Shown here piece by piece: positions 1 to 9,849 of a stretch of 44,563 nt of DNA. Each line of letters starts with the position of its first letter. Within the stretch, counting starts at the first letter, position 1. The position numbers were made by a program, and so were the translations under genes. Source of the stretch: a bacterium (GTDB lineage Bacteria; Hydrothermota; 32-111); the NCBI GenBank assembly GCA_050239825.1, contig JBFXGO010000019.1, forward strand, positions 1 to 44,563, written 5' to 3'. Under the pieces are notes generated by a model. That model ran no database searches, had not been told where the DNA came from, and was given only the letters and a program-made list of their open reading frames with translations.

Positions 1-58
1 CGGCAATGAGCGAAAGACCGAAGATGAGAGCAAAAATTATAAGTAAATGCTTCTTCAA
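1..58 (-). CDS. 5' end of a secreted protein running off the window (MKKHLLIIFALIFGLSLIA...)
   Basis: On the minus strand, AAGGAGG is followed by a TTG start at 58 and a signal-peptide-like sequence; not in the ORF track. Confidence 0.7.
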   Translation of the reverse strand, partial: MKKHLLIIFALIFGLSLIA

Positions 59-131
59 AGTGCCTCCTTAAGAAATTTGTTTAATTAAAACAGATATAAA
101 AGATAAGTCAAGAGAATACCAGAATTAAGTA

Positions 132-159
132 TTGAAATAAGTATAAAACAATGTATAAT
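132..159 (+). promoter_or_regulatory. sigma70-type promoter TTGAAA-N16-TATAAT
   Basis: Near-consensus boxes upstream of the SD AAGGAGG and ATG 187. Confidence 0.55.
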
Positions 160-186
160 AAATTATCAAGTCAAAAGGAGGATTGG

Positions 187-2943
187 ATGAAGAGATTATT
201 TGTTTTCGGACTAATTCTTCTAACTGCATTAAGCACTTACGCGGTATATGACCAGGAATTGATTGATGCAAACAACATAGGGATTTACATCAGCAATTTT
301 GGAATAGTGGGGCAGAACTGTGAGACTGGAGCATCAGGGTGCTGGTGGCCGTCGGGGTTTGTGGCAGAGACATACATATTCGGGTCAGGAATGTGGATAG
401 GAGGACTTGTCGATACCGCATTCATCATATCCGGAGGTGACACTACATTTTTCTTTGACACTCTTGTATCGTGCGGATACAATGCCAATAGCGGAGGTAC
501 CGAGTTCGTGCCGGGAGACGGATCCGACAATCCCGCCCCTTATGATGACTATGCATTCAGGGTATATTTGAGTGATCAGCTCGAATATCCCATAGATTCA
601 ATCCTCTCTCAACTTGATTCTTACTGCGTAATGAATGAAATGGATGAAAGCAAGCACTTTACATCTGAAAACAAGCCTCTTGGCCTTGTTGTGGAGCAGT
701 TCACCTATGAGTTTAGCTCAATTATTCTGGCGGATGTATTCTTCATAAGACTCAGTGTAATTAACACAACAGGCAAAAAAATAAGGCAGGCTTACATTTC
801 ATACAATATTGACAGTGACATAGGCAATGAGGCGGGTGATGCGGCGAATGACCTTTTAGGATTCATAACTGAGGAGGACATCGGCTATCAGTTTCAACTT
901 GAAGAGGAGGTCGGTTGGACAAATTATCCCGGAGTAATAGGCTGGACATATATACAGGGACCGATTGCAACAGACACTGTTGATGTCTATCACGACGGAT
1001 CGAAGATTATATATCCGGGCGACAGCCTCGGGATGACATCCTTTACGAATTACACGATATCAAATGATCCTTTCACAAAACAGGCACGCTATCTCGCGAT
1101 GGCAGGATATGATTACACAGTCTTTGATCCGTTAAATCCTGAAGCATCATATCATCCGTTTCCTTCATGGGGTACTGGAGTGATAGGTTATCCCGGTGAG
1201 ACTCAAGATTCAACTCTTGGGGCTGACAAACGGTTTATGATATCATCCGGACCGTTTGACATTCAGCCCTATGACACAGTGGAGCTCGTTGTCGCATTTG
1301 CCATAAATAGTGATCCGGATCAAATAATTACAACTCTTAATACTGCTAAAAATTGGTGGAAAAACAGAAATACGGATTATGTCACTTTAATCAATCCATC
1401 CATTTTCCAGAAAGTTTCTTCTCCGTTTTCATTTACCTGGAACGCATCAAGAACTCTTCCTTACTACAGTCTTACGTTACGCAACATGAACAGCGGCCTG
1501 ACAACCGCATATTCGGGCGACAATACCTTTTCAGCGCTTATAGACCCCTTGACACTGCAGGATGGACTATACAAATGGAATATTTCAAATTATTCATTTG
1601 CCGAAGCAATCATATCAAAAGAGAACAGATATGTAGTGATCGATAATCCCGGAATCAATGGCGCTCCGTGCATATTCGCCTATGAATCTGAAACGGATGG
1701 TGGTAAAATCAACTTCAATTGGAGAGTCTCAGATCCGGACAACAATCTGTCCTATCAAACAATATCATTGACCGATACAAACGGGAGGATGGTATTCAGC
1801 GCAAATCTCTCTCCCAGTGATTCGCAATTTTCTTTAAATGCATATAACAATATTCCGAATGGCTTATATGTGTTTTATTTGACTGCAGTTGACGACTCTT
1901 CAGCAGTTGATTCTTTGATTGACTCGCAGTCAATCTATTTCAACAGGCCTGGAGACGACGCCTACTTTTACGGCGGAGACAACAACACAGTGCAGGTGAG
2001 CTATATCACTTATAATAAAACTCTATACACAGGGCACACTTATGAAGTAAGGTTTGATTGGCCGTTCAAGGATGTTGCAACGGAGAATCTGATGATACCT
2101 TTTACTGTTGTTGATTCAAATAGCGGAAGCGAAGAGATTGCAGACACTGCGCGGTACAGTTATTCTGGTGAAACATTCTACTCCAAGCTTTTTGACGGAG
2201 TCGGCCTTAGCATAACCTACATAAATTCCTTCAATCAAATATGTGATTCCATTAAGATACTCAATGATGTCAATAACAATTACCCTGATTCAGTTCTCAA
2301 ATGCAATTCAACGATTCAATCGGTCTTCATGGGCAGGGATGTCAAAATCTACTGGCACGGAACAGGAGATTCGGTAAGAGCCGATTTTATCTTTGACGGA
2401 TACGCGGACAACCTTGAATACTCAAATTTAAAGAATTGCACTTACAGCTTCGGAACAGGCAGTTACACATCGGAATATCTTATGGATTCGACCATCACCC
2501 GCACGGCAATTTATACTGCCGGAGCAACTATTTATCTGAACATGCCGTTGGCGCGCGCTTATCCAATGGATACTCTCTGGGCGCCAGAAGAAGGAGAGGT
2601 GTGGCAACTCTTCACTTCAGGTGATAAACTGCCTGTAAAGGGAGATATCTGCAGAGTGCATCCCACCGGTTTGGAGTCATTTGCCCTGACTGTTGACAGG
2701 AACGTTTTATCTCTTTCATGCAATGTAAAGGGAAATACTCTCTCATACTCAATAAACGGAATTGGTGGGGAAGTTGAGCTGAATCTGTATGATATACAAG
2801 GAAGGAAGGTTATTACTCTCTTTAAGGGAGCAGTAGCAGGAAGAATCAGCAAGAAGATTGTCCTCTCAATTCCGAATGGTATATATTTTATAAAAGAGAT
2901 GAACGGAGGCTTTGAAACAAAAAAGATACTGATGATAAAGTAA
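187..2943 (+). CDS. Large secreted protein with a C-terminal T9SS type A sorting-like domain
   Basis: The SD supports ATG 187 rather than 151; signal peptide MKRLFVFGLILLTALSTYA; C-terminal LYDIQGRKV...NGIYFIK...TKKILMIK. Confidence 0.8.
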   Translation: MKRLFVFGLILLTALSTYAVYDQELIDANNIGIYISNFGIVGQNCETGASGCWWPSGFVAETYIFGSGMWIGGLVDTAFIISGGDTTFFFDTLVSCGYNANSGGTEFVPGDGSDNPAPYDDYAFRVYLSDQLEYPIDSILSQLDSYCVMNEMDESKHFTSENKPLGLVVEQFTYEFSSIILADVFFIRLSVINTTGKKIRQAYISYNIDSDIGNEAGDAANDLLGFITEEDIGYQFQLEEEVGWTNYPGVIGWTYIQGPIATDTVDVYHDGSKIIYPGDSLGMTSFTNYTISNDPFTKQARYLAMAGYDYTVFDPLNPEASYHPFPSWGTGVIGYPGETQDSTLGADKRFMISSGPFDIQPYDTVELVVAFAINSDPDQIITTLNTAKNWWKNRNTDYVTLINPSIFQKVSSPFSFTWNASRTLPYYSLTLRNMNSGLTTAYSGDNTFSALIDPLTLQDGLYKWNISNYSFAEAIISKENRYVVIDNPGINGAPCIFAYESETDGGKINFNWRVSDPDNNLSYQTISLTDTNGRMVFSANLSPSDSQFSLNAYNNIPNGLYVFYLTAVDDSSAVDSLIDSQSIYFNRPGDDAYFYGGDNNTVQVSYITYNKTLYTGHTYEVRFDWPFKDVATENLMIPFTVVDSNSGSEEIADTARYSYSGETFYSKLFDGVGLSITYINSFNQICDSIKILNDVNNNYPDSVLKCNSTIQSVFMGRDVKIYWHGTGDSVRADFIFDGYADNLEYSNLKNCTYSFGTGSYTSEYLMDSTITRTAIYTAGATIYLNMPLARAYPMDTLWAPEEGEVWQLFTSGDKLPVKGDICRVHPTGLESFALTVDRNVLSLSCNVKGNTLSYSINGIGGEVELNLYDIQGRKVITLFKGAVAGRISKKIVLSIPNGIYFIKEMNGGFETKKILMIK

Positions 2944-2969
2944 TAATAAAGACTATATGAAAGAATTAC

Positions 2970-2997
2970 AGGGGGTGGAGTAATCCACCCCTCTTTT
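2970..2997 (+). terminator. Rho-independent terminator
   Basis: GGGGTGGA-GTAA-TCCACCCC followed by TCTTTT. Confidence 0.8.
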
Positions 2998-3052
2998 CAA
3001 ACTTGAATATTCTAAGCTTTAGGTTAAAATAATAATATGTTTAAAAAGGCGA

Positions 3053-3247
3053 GTGATGCAGAAAGAGTTAAGGACAGTAAATTTTTCTGAAAAAGCGAAT
3101 TGTTACCCGAATAGTGGCTGTCTGAGAGATGATTCTCGTATTGTCAGTATCTGTCTCTTTCTGTCGGGCGCTGATGACACTTTTGATATAGGAATCTATG
3201 ACATTCAGGGCAGAGAGGTGAAAAAAAAAGGGATAGGTGAAATTTGA
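3053..3247 (+). pseudogene. Orphan fragment resembling a T9SS sorting domain
   Basis: CYPN...IGIYDIQGREVKK motif, with no signal peptide and no terminal strands. Confidence 0.4.
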
Positions 3248-6200
3248 AAGACAACATGCATCTCATTAAGGCGTTTGTGCCGGAGAGAGTAACTGAAAAT
3301 TCAAAAAGAGAATTCACATATTCTTACTCTACGGTATTCTGCGCCGATATCTCAGGCTTCACAAACATGAGCGAGAAGCTCTCCGCTATGGGCAAAGAGG
3401 GGTCGGAAGAGATAACGAATGTCATAAACCTCTTCTTTGAACCGCTTGTAGAGATAATCCTGAAGAGGGGAGGAGATATATTCTTCTTCGGAGGGGACGC
3501 TATAACGGCAATCTTTGACAAAGGCAGAGAGGCGGATTCGCTGATTGCGGCAATAGAAGCTTCCGATTATGTGAAAAAACACTCTGTTGTCAGGACTTCC
3601 GGCGGCTCATTTTTAATAGGAATGCATATAGCTCTTAATTACGGAAAGGTTTATTTTCAGGATACGGGGAGAAGCTACATCCTCGGCGGAGAGAATTGTT
3701 TTAAGGTGATTGAACTTCTTGATTTTGCGTCAAAGGGAGAGATTGTCGCAAGCGATTCCATGAAGAAAAAACTTTTAGGCGCAGTGTGGGAGAAGAGTAG
3801 TGACTCTGTTTATAAGTTTGTGAAACTGAAAGATAGTAACATCATAAAAAAGACTGCAAAGAGAGAGAGTAAAAAACAATCTAAAAAAGATATTACACCT
3901 TATGTTCCTTTATGGATAAGGCGTCAAACTGAGATAAAATCCGGCTTAAATAAAAACAGCGGCGAACACAGAAGAGCCGCGATGATGTTCGTACACTTCA
4001 GGAACATCGACTTTGACAAGAACAGAAAAAAAACAGCCAAGCTGATTGAATCTCTCACAGAGAGTTTGAGAAAGAGTGGTGACAAATACAAAGGGTGGAT
4101 AAACAAGATTGATTTCTACAAGGACGGAATTCGGGCTCTTGTTGTTTTCGGATACCCTGAAAAGCTTGATAATGACGAGAAGCACGCGGTTTTGTTTGCG
4201 GATGAAATTATGAGCAATGAGGATCTGAAAGAAATTTCAATAAGCATAGGTATAAATTCCGGCTTTATCTTCAAAACTCCCGTGGGAAGCATCAACAGAA
4301 TGGAGATTACGGTGATGGGAGATGCGGTCAACACGACAGCGAGAATCGCCGCCAAGGCGGGCGATAGAATGATTTTAACCGGGGAGAGTGTATTCGAGAA
4401 GACCAAAGATTCGATTTCATACAGGAAGAGAGCGGCAAAAGCAATGAAAGGCAAGACAGAGAAGGTTAAGATATTTGAGTTTGCCGGGAAGAAGATAAAA
4501 TCAGACAAAAATTCAGTGAATGAGTGGCTTTCCGAGTCAAAGAAGCTCATAGGAAATAAAGATGTTATTAAGAGCTTCGGCGAATCTGTTGAAAGAGCCA
4601 AGAGAGGATCCTCCTCAGTATTCACAATAGAGGGCCATGCAGGGCTCGGCAAGTCAAGACTTGTCAGAGAGCTTGAAAAGACTCTTAAAGATAATGGTTT
4701 CAGAGTTTTTCAGGGAGACTGCCTCTCTTACGGAAGCGCGCTCTCATACCATCCATGGATAGAGTCTCTCAATGCAATTTTTGAAATTTCTTTAAAGGAC
4801 TCAATGGATTCAAAGAAAAGAAAAATCTCTGAATTTATAAAACAGATGGATCCGACATTGAAAAAATGGCTTCCGCTTTTAGGCGAGCTGATGTCTCTGG
4901 ATTTTCCGATGACAGACCTTGTAAAAAATCTTGACACAAGCGTAAAAATGCAGAAGTTTTTCGACATTGTGCTTGATATTCTTCTCTTTCTGTCAAAAAA
5001 AACTCCCGTGGCAATAATAATTGAGGATTATCACTGGGCTGACAATTCATCATCAGAGCTTTTAAATTATATCTGTCAGAATACAAAGAATGAAAGAATT
5101 CTTTTCCTGATAACGTTCAGGCCGATAAACGAACAGGCAACAATCAAACCGCCTAAGGCGGATGTCAGCTGTATACTTAAAGAGTTATCTGAGAGCGAGA
5201 CAAATGAGCTTATAGAGAGTCTCCTCTGCGTGAAAAATCTGGACAGAGAAATGAAGAAGCTTGTGATGAAAAAGTCGCAGGGGAATCCGTTTTATGTGGA
5301 AGAACTTGTCAAATCTCTGATAGAGCAGGATTATATAGTCCGTGGCAAATCGGGCTGGGAAATCAGCAAAAAAGCAAAGGATATAGTGCTTCCCGACTCA
5401 GTTGAGGAAGTCATACTCGCGAGAATCGACAGGCTTGATTTGCAGGAAAGAGAGTTGTTGCAGACAGCATCAGTTCTCGGCCGTGAATTCAGCAGAGAAC
5501 TGCTCGAAGCATTATATAAAGAGAAAAAGTTTATTGATTCATCAATGAATGTTTTGAAGAATCTTGATTTGATAAAGACAGACGAAGAAAATTTCGAAAG
5601 ATTTATTTTCAAACATATCCTTACTTGCGAAACAGCATACAACACCCTCTCATTTGCCAGAAGACGGCAAGTCCATGAGAGTGTGGGAAGAATCCTTGAG
5701 AAGAGCAAAAAAAACAAACAGGAGAATCTTGCAATGCTCTCCCACCATTATCATTATGCGCACAATTACAAAAAATCCGTGGATTATTCCCTGAAGGCAG
5801 GGAGAAAAGCGAAAGTGGTATATGCAAACGAGGAGGGGCTGGAGTTCTTTTCAAGAGCGATTGAGGATTGCGTAGCCGGAGGAGATTTGTTTGACATGAG
5901 CGCGGCAGAGGCTCATGAGGAGAGAGCTTCGGTTTTAAGCTTTGTGGGAAGAGGCGCGGAAGCTATACTGGACACAACCGAAAGTTTTAGATATGCCGAG
6001 AAGAGCGGAGATAAGCGGCTTATGGCTATGTGCCTGTCAGAGGCGTGCATAGTCTATGAATTATCAAGCAATTTTGACAAGATGAAGGATGCCGCTGAAA
6101 AGGCGCTTGAGATATATTCTGAAACGCAGGATAATTTTGGAATGGCGAAGGCATACAATTATATAGGCATGTACTACGGCATAACAGGAGAACCGAAGAG

Positions 6201-6882
6201 AGAGATGGAGATACTTTTTAAGGCAGTTTACATTTTAAAAGGCCTGACAGGAGGAGACAAGAGGAAAGAGAATTCGGAATATGTTTCACTCCTTGGAGTC
6301 ATACTGAATAACCTCGGGTATGTTCAGCGTCTTTTAGGAGACAACAAATCCGCTCTCGAAAACTATGAGAAATCCCTTGATGCAAGGCGAAGCATTGAGG
6401 ATAAGACAGGAGTAGCGCAGGTGCTGAACAACATAGGAATGATACATGGTAGAGCGGGCGATATTCCGAAAGCGCTTCCTTATTTTGAAGAATCAATTAA
6501 AATATACGAGGAGATAGGAAATAAAAAAGGACTCGGCTCTTCGCTGGTGAATTACGGGGTGTTCAACGGAAGGATAGGCAATGAGAAGATGGAACTGGAG
6601 TGCTACGAGAGGGGTCTTAAAATACAAAAACAGATAAATGACAGATATGTGATGAGCTTCACTCTGACGAATATAGGAAACTATCACTCAAAAAAGAAAG
6701 ATTGGAAGAGAGCTTTAAAGTGCCATCTTGAAGCAATAGCGATAAGGGAGAGCATTAATGAGAGAGCGAGTCTTCCGAGTTCATACTCTTACGCGGCGAA
6801 GTGTTATGAGATGCTAAATCAGAAAAACAAACAGATTGAGTACGAGTTTAAAGCAAGCGAGGAGACTAGAAAACAAATTTGA
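3244..6882 (+). CDS. Tandem class III nucleotide cyclase + STAND P-loop NTPase + TPR protein (soluble adenylyl cyclase-like)
   Basis: C1 ADISGFT/GGDA; C2 INK...TVMGDAVNTTAR; Walker A GHAGLGKS; Walker B IIIEDYHWAD; SQGNPFYVEE; TPRs LNNLG/LNNIG. Confidence 0.9.
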   Translation: MKDNMHLIKAFVPERVTENSKREFTYSYSTVFCADISGFTNMSEKLSAMGKEGSEEITNVINLFFEPLVEIILKRGGDIFFFGGDAITAIFDKGREADSLIAAIEASDYVKKHSVVRTSGGSFLIGMHIALNYGKVYFQDTGRSYILGGENCFKVIELLDFASKGEIVASDSMKKKLLGAVWEKSSDSVYKFVKLKDSNIIKKTAKRESKKQSKKDITPYVPLWIRRQTEIKSGLNKNSGEHRRAAMMFVHFRNIDFDKNRKKTAKLIESLTESLRKSGDKYKGWINKIDFYKDGIRALVVFGYPEKLDNDEKHAVLFADEIMSNEDLKEISISIGINSGFIFKTPVGSINRMEITVMGDAVNTTARIAAKAGDRMILTGESVFEKTKDSISYRKRAAKAMKGKTEKVKIFEFAGKKIKSDKNSVNEWLSESKKLIGNKDVIKSFGESVERAKRGSSSVFTIEGHAGLGKSRLVRELEKTLKDNGFRVFQGDCLSYGSALSYHPWIESLNAIFEISLKDSMDSKKRKISEFIKQMDPTLKKWLPLLGELMSLDFPMTDLVKNLDTSVKMQKFFDIVLDILLFLSKKTPVAIIIEDYHWADNSSSELLNYICQNTKNERILFLITFRPINEQATIKPPKADVSCILKELSESETNELIESLLCVKNLDREMKKLVMKKSQGNPFYVEELVKSLIEQDYIVRGKSGWEISKKAKDIVLPDSVEEVILARIDRLDLQERELLQTASVLGREFSRELLEALYKEKKFIDSSMNVLKNLDLIKTDEENFERFIFKHILTCETAYNTLSFARRRQVHESVGRILEKSKKNKQENLAMLSHHYHYAHNYKKSVDYSLKAGRKAKVVYANEEGLEFFSRAIEDCVAGGDLFDMSAAEAHEERASVLSFVGRGAEAILDTTESFRYAEKSGDKRLMAMCLSEACIVYELSSNFDKMKDAAEKALEIYSETQDNFGMAKAYNYIGMYYGITGEPKREMEILFKAVYILKGLTGGDKRKENSEYVSLLGVILNNLGYVQRLLGDNKSALENYEKSLDARRSIEDKTGVAQVLNNIGMIHGRAGDIPKALPYFEESIKIYEEIGNKKGLGSSLVNYGVFNGRIGNEKMELECYERGLKIQKQINDRYVMSFTLTNIGNYHSKKKDWKRALKCHLEAIAIRESINERASLPSSYSYAAKCYEMLNQKNKQIEYEFKASEETRKQI

Positions 6883-6906
6883 GAAAAATATTAAAGAAAG
6901 GATTTT

Positions 6907-8673
6907 ATGAGCGATAAAAACGCCGCAAAGAGAGAAGTTCATATAAAACATAAAAAAATCAACAGAATTATAATGGCTTGGGTGTTCATATTCGCAATTG
7001 CAATAATAATTTGGTTTGGCGACGCACTCATCGACAAAATATTCTTTCATGAGGAATCGTATGAGGAGATAGCTGAAACAAATGTCTCTGTCTTTGAGAT
7101 ATACTTTCGTTCCTCCCTCATTCTTCTTTTGGCGGTTATTGGATTCATAACAACAAGAAGGATGCTGGAGAAGGCAGAATCAGAAGAGCTGATAAAGTTT
7201 GAGAGGGAGCAGACTCTGAGAATATTTGACTCTATTGACGAGCAGATTTACATCATAGATGTGGAATCGCATGAAGTGCTGTACAAAAACAAAAAAGTAG
7301 AACAGATCTTCGGACCTTCAGAAGGAAAAAAATGCGACGAGTATTTCACAACTCATGGGGAAAACTGCTCAAAATGCAGTATGAAGGCTATGGTTGAAAC
7401 AGGCGAAAATGCTATGAGAACGAGAGAATTCTATAATTCAAAATCGGACAGATGGTACCATGGTATAGAAAGGCTTATTAAATGGATAGACGGAAGGAAT
7501 GCGGTTTATACAATCCTTATCGATATAACCGAGAGGAAAAGAACTGAGGTTGAAGCATACAGGGCAAGCAAGGTTGAAACTCTGGAGGTCATTGCGGGAA
7601 GCATAGTGCATGATTTCAGCAATGCCCTAACAACAATCATAATGAGCTTGTCCCTTGCAAAGCACATATCCAAAGAGAATGAGAAGCTATATTCTCTTAT
7701 AACAATGGCAGAGAATGCCGCCTTCAAGGCTAAGGATATAACACATCAGCTTCTCACTTTCGGCCGGCCTGTTGAGATGGCATTGAAGCACGCTCACATG
7801 GAAAAAATGATAAGGGAGACCACGGATTTTGTTTTAAAGGCAACCGCCATCAAGTATTCTGTAGAATCCGAGAAAAATCTGCCTCTTGTTGAAGTGGATG
7901 TCAATCAGATAGCTCAGGTGATGAATAATCTTCTGATAAATGCAAAACAGGCTGTCGGCGAGAACGGAGAGATAAAAGTGACTCTATCAAGCTGTATGGT
8001 TACGCATAAAGATGCGCTTCCCCTCAATGAGGGAAAGTACTTGATGATTTCAGTAAAGGATAACGGAACAGGCATATCTTCAAGAATAATACATAAGATA
8101 TTTGACTCTTATTTTACTACCAAGAAGGAGGGTTCAGGTCTTGGACTTGCTTCTTGTTACATGATAATGAACAGACACAACGGATATATAAAAGTAGAGA
8201 GCCTTGAAGGACAAGGGTCAACATTCACATTGTATATTCCGGCGTCAGATGAAAGGCGTCAGCAGAAAGATGAAGAGAGGGCGAGTGTGTTAAGAAAACC
8301 GATAAACGGAATAATAATTGATGATGACGAAATGTCGGCAAATGTTACTGCTCTGATGATGAATTACGGAGGCAACAGGATAGACGCAGCTAATTCATTC
8401 ATAAAGGCGGAGGAGCTGATAGCTTCAAAGAAAAAGAATAAGGAATCGTATGATGTAATTATCCTTGATAATACTCTTCCGGGAGACACAGACCCTGTTG
8501 AAGCTATGGATAGGATGAGAAAGACCTGTTTGAACTGCAGGTTTGTGCTTCTTCAATCAGTTGCAGACGAGGCAAAAACAACAAATTATCTCGAACAGGG
8601 ATTTGACCTGGTAATAAACAAACCTGTCAGACCTGAGGTAATAATAAAAGAGATAAACGAAATTTTAAAATAA
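6907..8673 (+). CDS. Membrane hybrid sensor histidine kinase (2 TM, PAS, HisKA, HATPase, receiver)
   Basis: H-box IVHDFSNAL; N-box NLLINA; DNGTG; GSGLGL; receiver IIIDDD...ILD...KP. Confidence 0.9.
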   Translation: MSDKNAAKREVHIKHKKINRIIMAWVFIFAIAIIIWFGDALIDKIFFHEESYEEIAETNVSVFEIYFRSSLILLLAVIGFITTRRMLEKAESEELIKFEREQTLRIFDSIDEQIYIIDVESHEVLYKNKKVEQIFGPSEGKKCDEYFTTHGENCSKCSMKAMVETGENAMRTREFYNSKSDRWYHGIERLIKWIDGRNAVYTILIDITERKRTEVEAYRASKVETLEVIAGSIVHDFSNALTTIIMSLSLAKHISKENEKLYSLITMAENAAFKAKDITHQLLTFGRPVEMALKHAHMEKMIRETTDFVLKATAIKYSVESEKNLPLVEVDVNQIAQVMNNLLINAKQAVGENGEIKVTLSSCMVTHKDALPLNEGKYLMISVKDNGTGISSRIIHKIFDSYFTTKKEGSGLGLASCYMIMNRHNGYIKVESLEGQGSTFTLYIPASDERRQQKDEERASVLRKPINGIIIDDDEMSANVTALMMNYGGNRIDAANSFIKAEELIASKKKNKESYDVIILDNTLPGDTDPVEAMDRMRKTCLNCRFVLLQSVADEAKTTNYLEQGFDLVINKPVRPEVIIKEINEILK

Positions 8674-8691
8674 ATTCAACAAGGAGAAGAT

Positions 8692-9129
8692 ATGAAAATA
8701 GGAATAATAATCTGCAACAGGTACCACACTTGCGCAGGGGGTAAATGCTTCAGAGCAATGAAAAACAGGGAAGGAGCATTCTCGATATATCCCAAAGATA
8801 AAGAGCTTGAAATAGTCGGTTATACGACTTGTGACGGATGTCCGGGAGGAAATGTGGAGTATTCGCCTGCTGAAATGATTAAGAATAGAGCAGAGGCGAT
8901 ACATCTTGCAACAGGGCTTGTGGTGGGTTATCCTCCTTGCCCGAGAATTATGCACTTTAAAAAATTCATAGAAGAAAAGTATAAGCTGCCAGTTGTTATA
9001 GGCACTCATCCTATACCGCAGAAATACTTTATTACCCATGAAAATTTAGGCACATGGAAATCGCCCGAGTGGCAGGAGATAATAAAACCGACTTTATCTG
9101 ATGAGGATACCCGAAAATCCTATGATTGA
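8692..9129 (+). CDS. CGGC domain protein (Cys-rich, putative metal binding)
   Basis: IICNRYHTCAGGKC, TCDGCPG, PPCP and GTH motifs. Confidence 0.85.
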   Translation: MKIGIIICNRYHTCAGGKCFRAMKNREGAFSIYPKDKELEIVGYTTCDGCPGGNVEYSPAEMIKNRAEAIHLATGLVVGYPPCPRIMHFKKFIEEKYKLPVVIGTHPIPQKYFITHENLGTWKSPEWQEIIKPTLSDEDTRKSYD

Positions 9130-9179
9130 TTTATCAAGCGATTACTCTTTAACTTAAACAAATAAATGACTTAGATCTG

Positions 9180-9451
9180 GGGACGGAGTATAGTTTATAC
9201 TCTAAAGTAAATAAAAGAATTGTAATTTAAAAGACTGTTAATCGCATGCATCATGTTCTTGTGTGATATTATATATGTGTTTTAATCTTGAAAGAAATAA
9301 CCTATTTCAATGCGCTGTTACAATTGTAAAAGCAAATTTGATTGAAATAAAATACGACAAAAAATTAAGGTAAAACATTAACAAATTGCTAAAAATGAAT
9401 TAATATAAAGGTTTACATAAAAACGAAAAACTATAAACCATACTCCGTCCC
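9180..9451. repeat. 20-bp imperfect terminal inverted repeats around a 272-bp AT-rich non-coding segment
   Basis: GGGACGGAGTATAGTTTATA (9180-9199) vs TATAAACCATACTCCGTCCC (9432-9451); 19/20 complementary. Confidence 0.85.
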
Positions 9452-9477
9452 TATAAGAATATTATGTAAGAAGGTGC

Positions 9478-9518
9478 TTGACAGGAGGTGATTTTAGGTT
9501 ATAATTAGCATATGCTAA
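9478..9518 (+). promoter_or_regulatory. Promoter TTGACA-N16-TATAAT overlapped by the palindromic operator TTAGCATATGCTAA
   Basis: -35 at 9478-9483, -10 at 9500-9505, perfect 14-bp palindrome at 9505-9518; same arrangement at 12613-12653. Confidence 0.85.
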
Positions 9519-9555
9519 AAAAGAAAAAACAGTAATTCATTGAAAGGAGATAATA

Positions 9556-9849
9556 ATGCCTTGGATAGAAAAAGAAAAATGTTCGGGATGTGGCGTATGT
9601 ATAAGTTCTTGCAGTGTCGGAGCAATTGCGCTCGGCAGTGACCGCAAAGCTGAAATCAACAACAGTCTGTGCACAAAATGCGGAAATTGTTTTTCAAGTT
9701 GTCCTCTTGGAGCAATCCGTTCCAATTCCGAAAGTGCTTCTCTCAGAGGAGGCGGAGTAGGAAACCCATTTTCTGCAACATCACATAATAGAGGATTGGG
9801 AATGGGTGGCGGACGGGGTAAAGGCAGAAGAGGGATGTCAGGCAGATAA
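9556..9849 (+). CDS. 2x[4Fe-4S] ferredoxin-like protein with a Gly/Arg-rich tail
   Basis: CSGCGVCISSC and CTKCGNCFSSCP; tail GLGMGGGRGKGRRG. Confidence 0.9.
   Translation: MPWIEKEKCSGCGVCISSCSVGAIALGSDRKAEINNSLCTKCGNCFSSCPLGAIRSNSESASLRGGGVGNPFSATSHNRGLGMGGGRGKGRRGMSGR

Noticed and set aside
151..186. ORF-track N-terminal extensions (also 12647, 14703, 22654, 28270, 36838)
   Set aside because: SD position, promoter overlap or family N-termini favour the downstream ATGs
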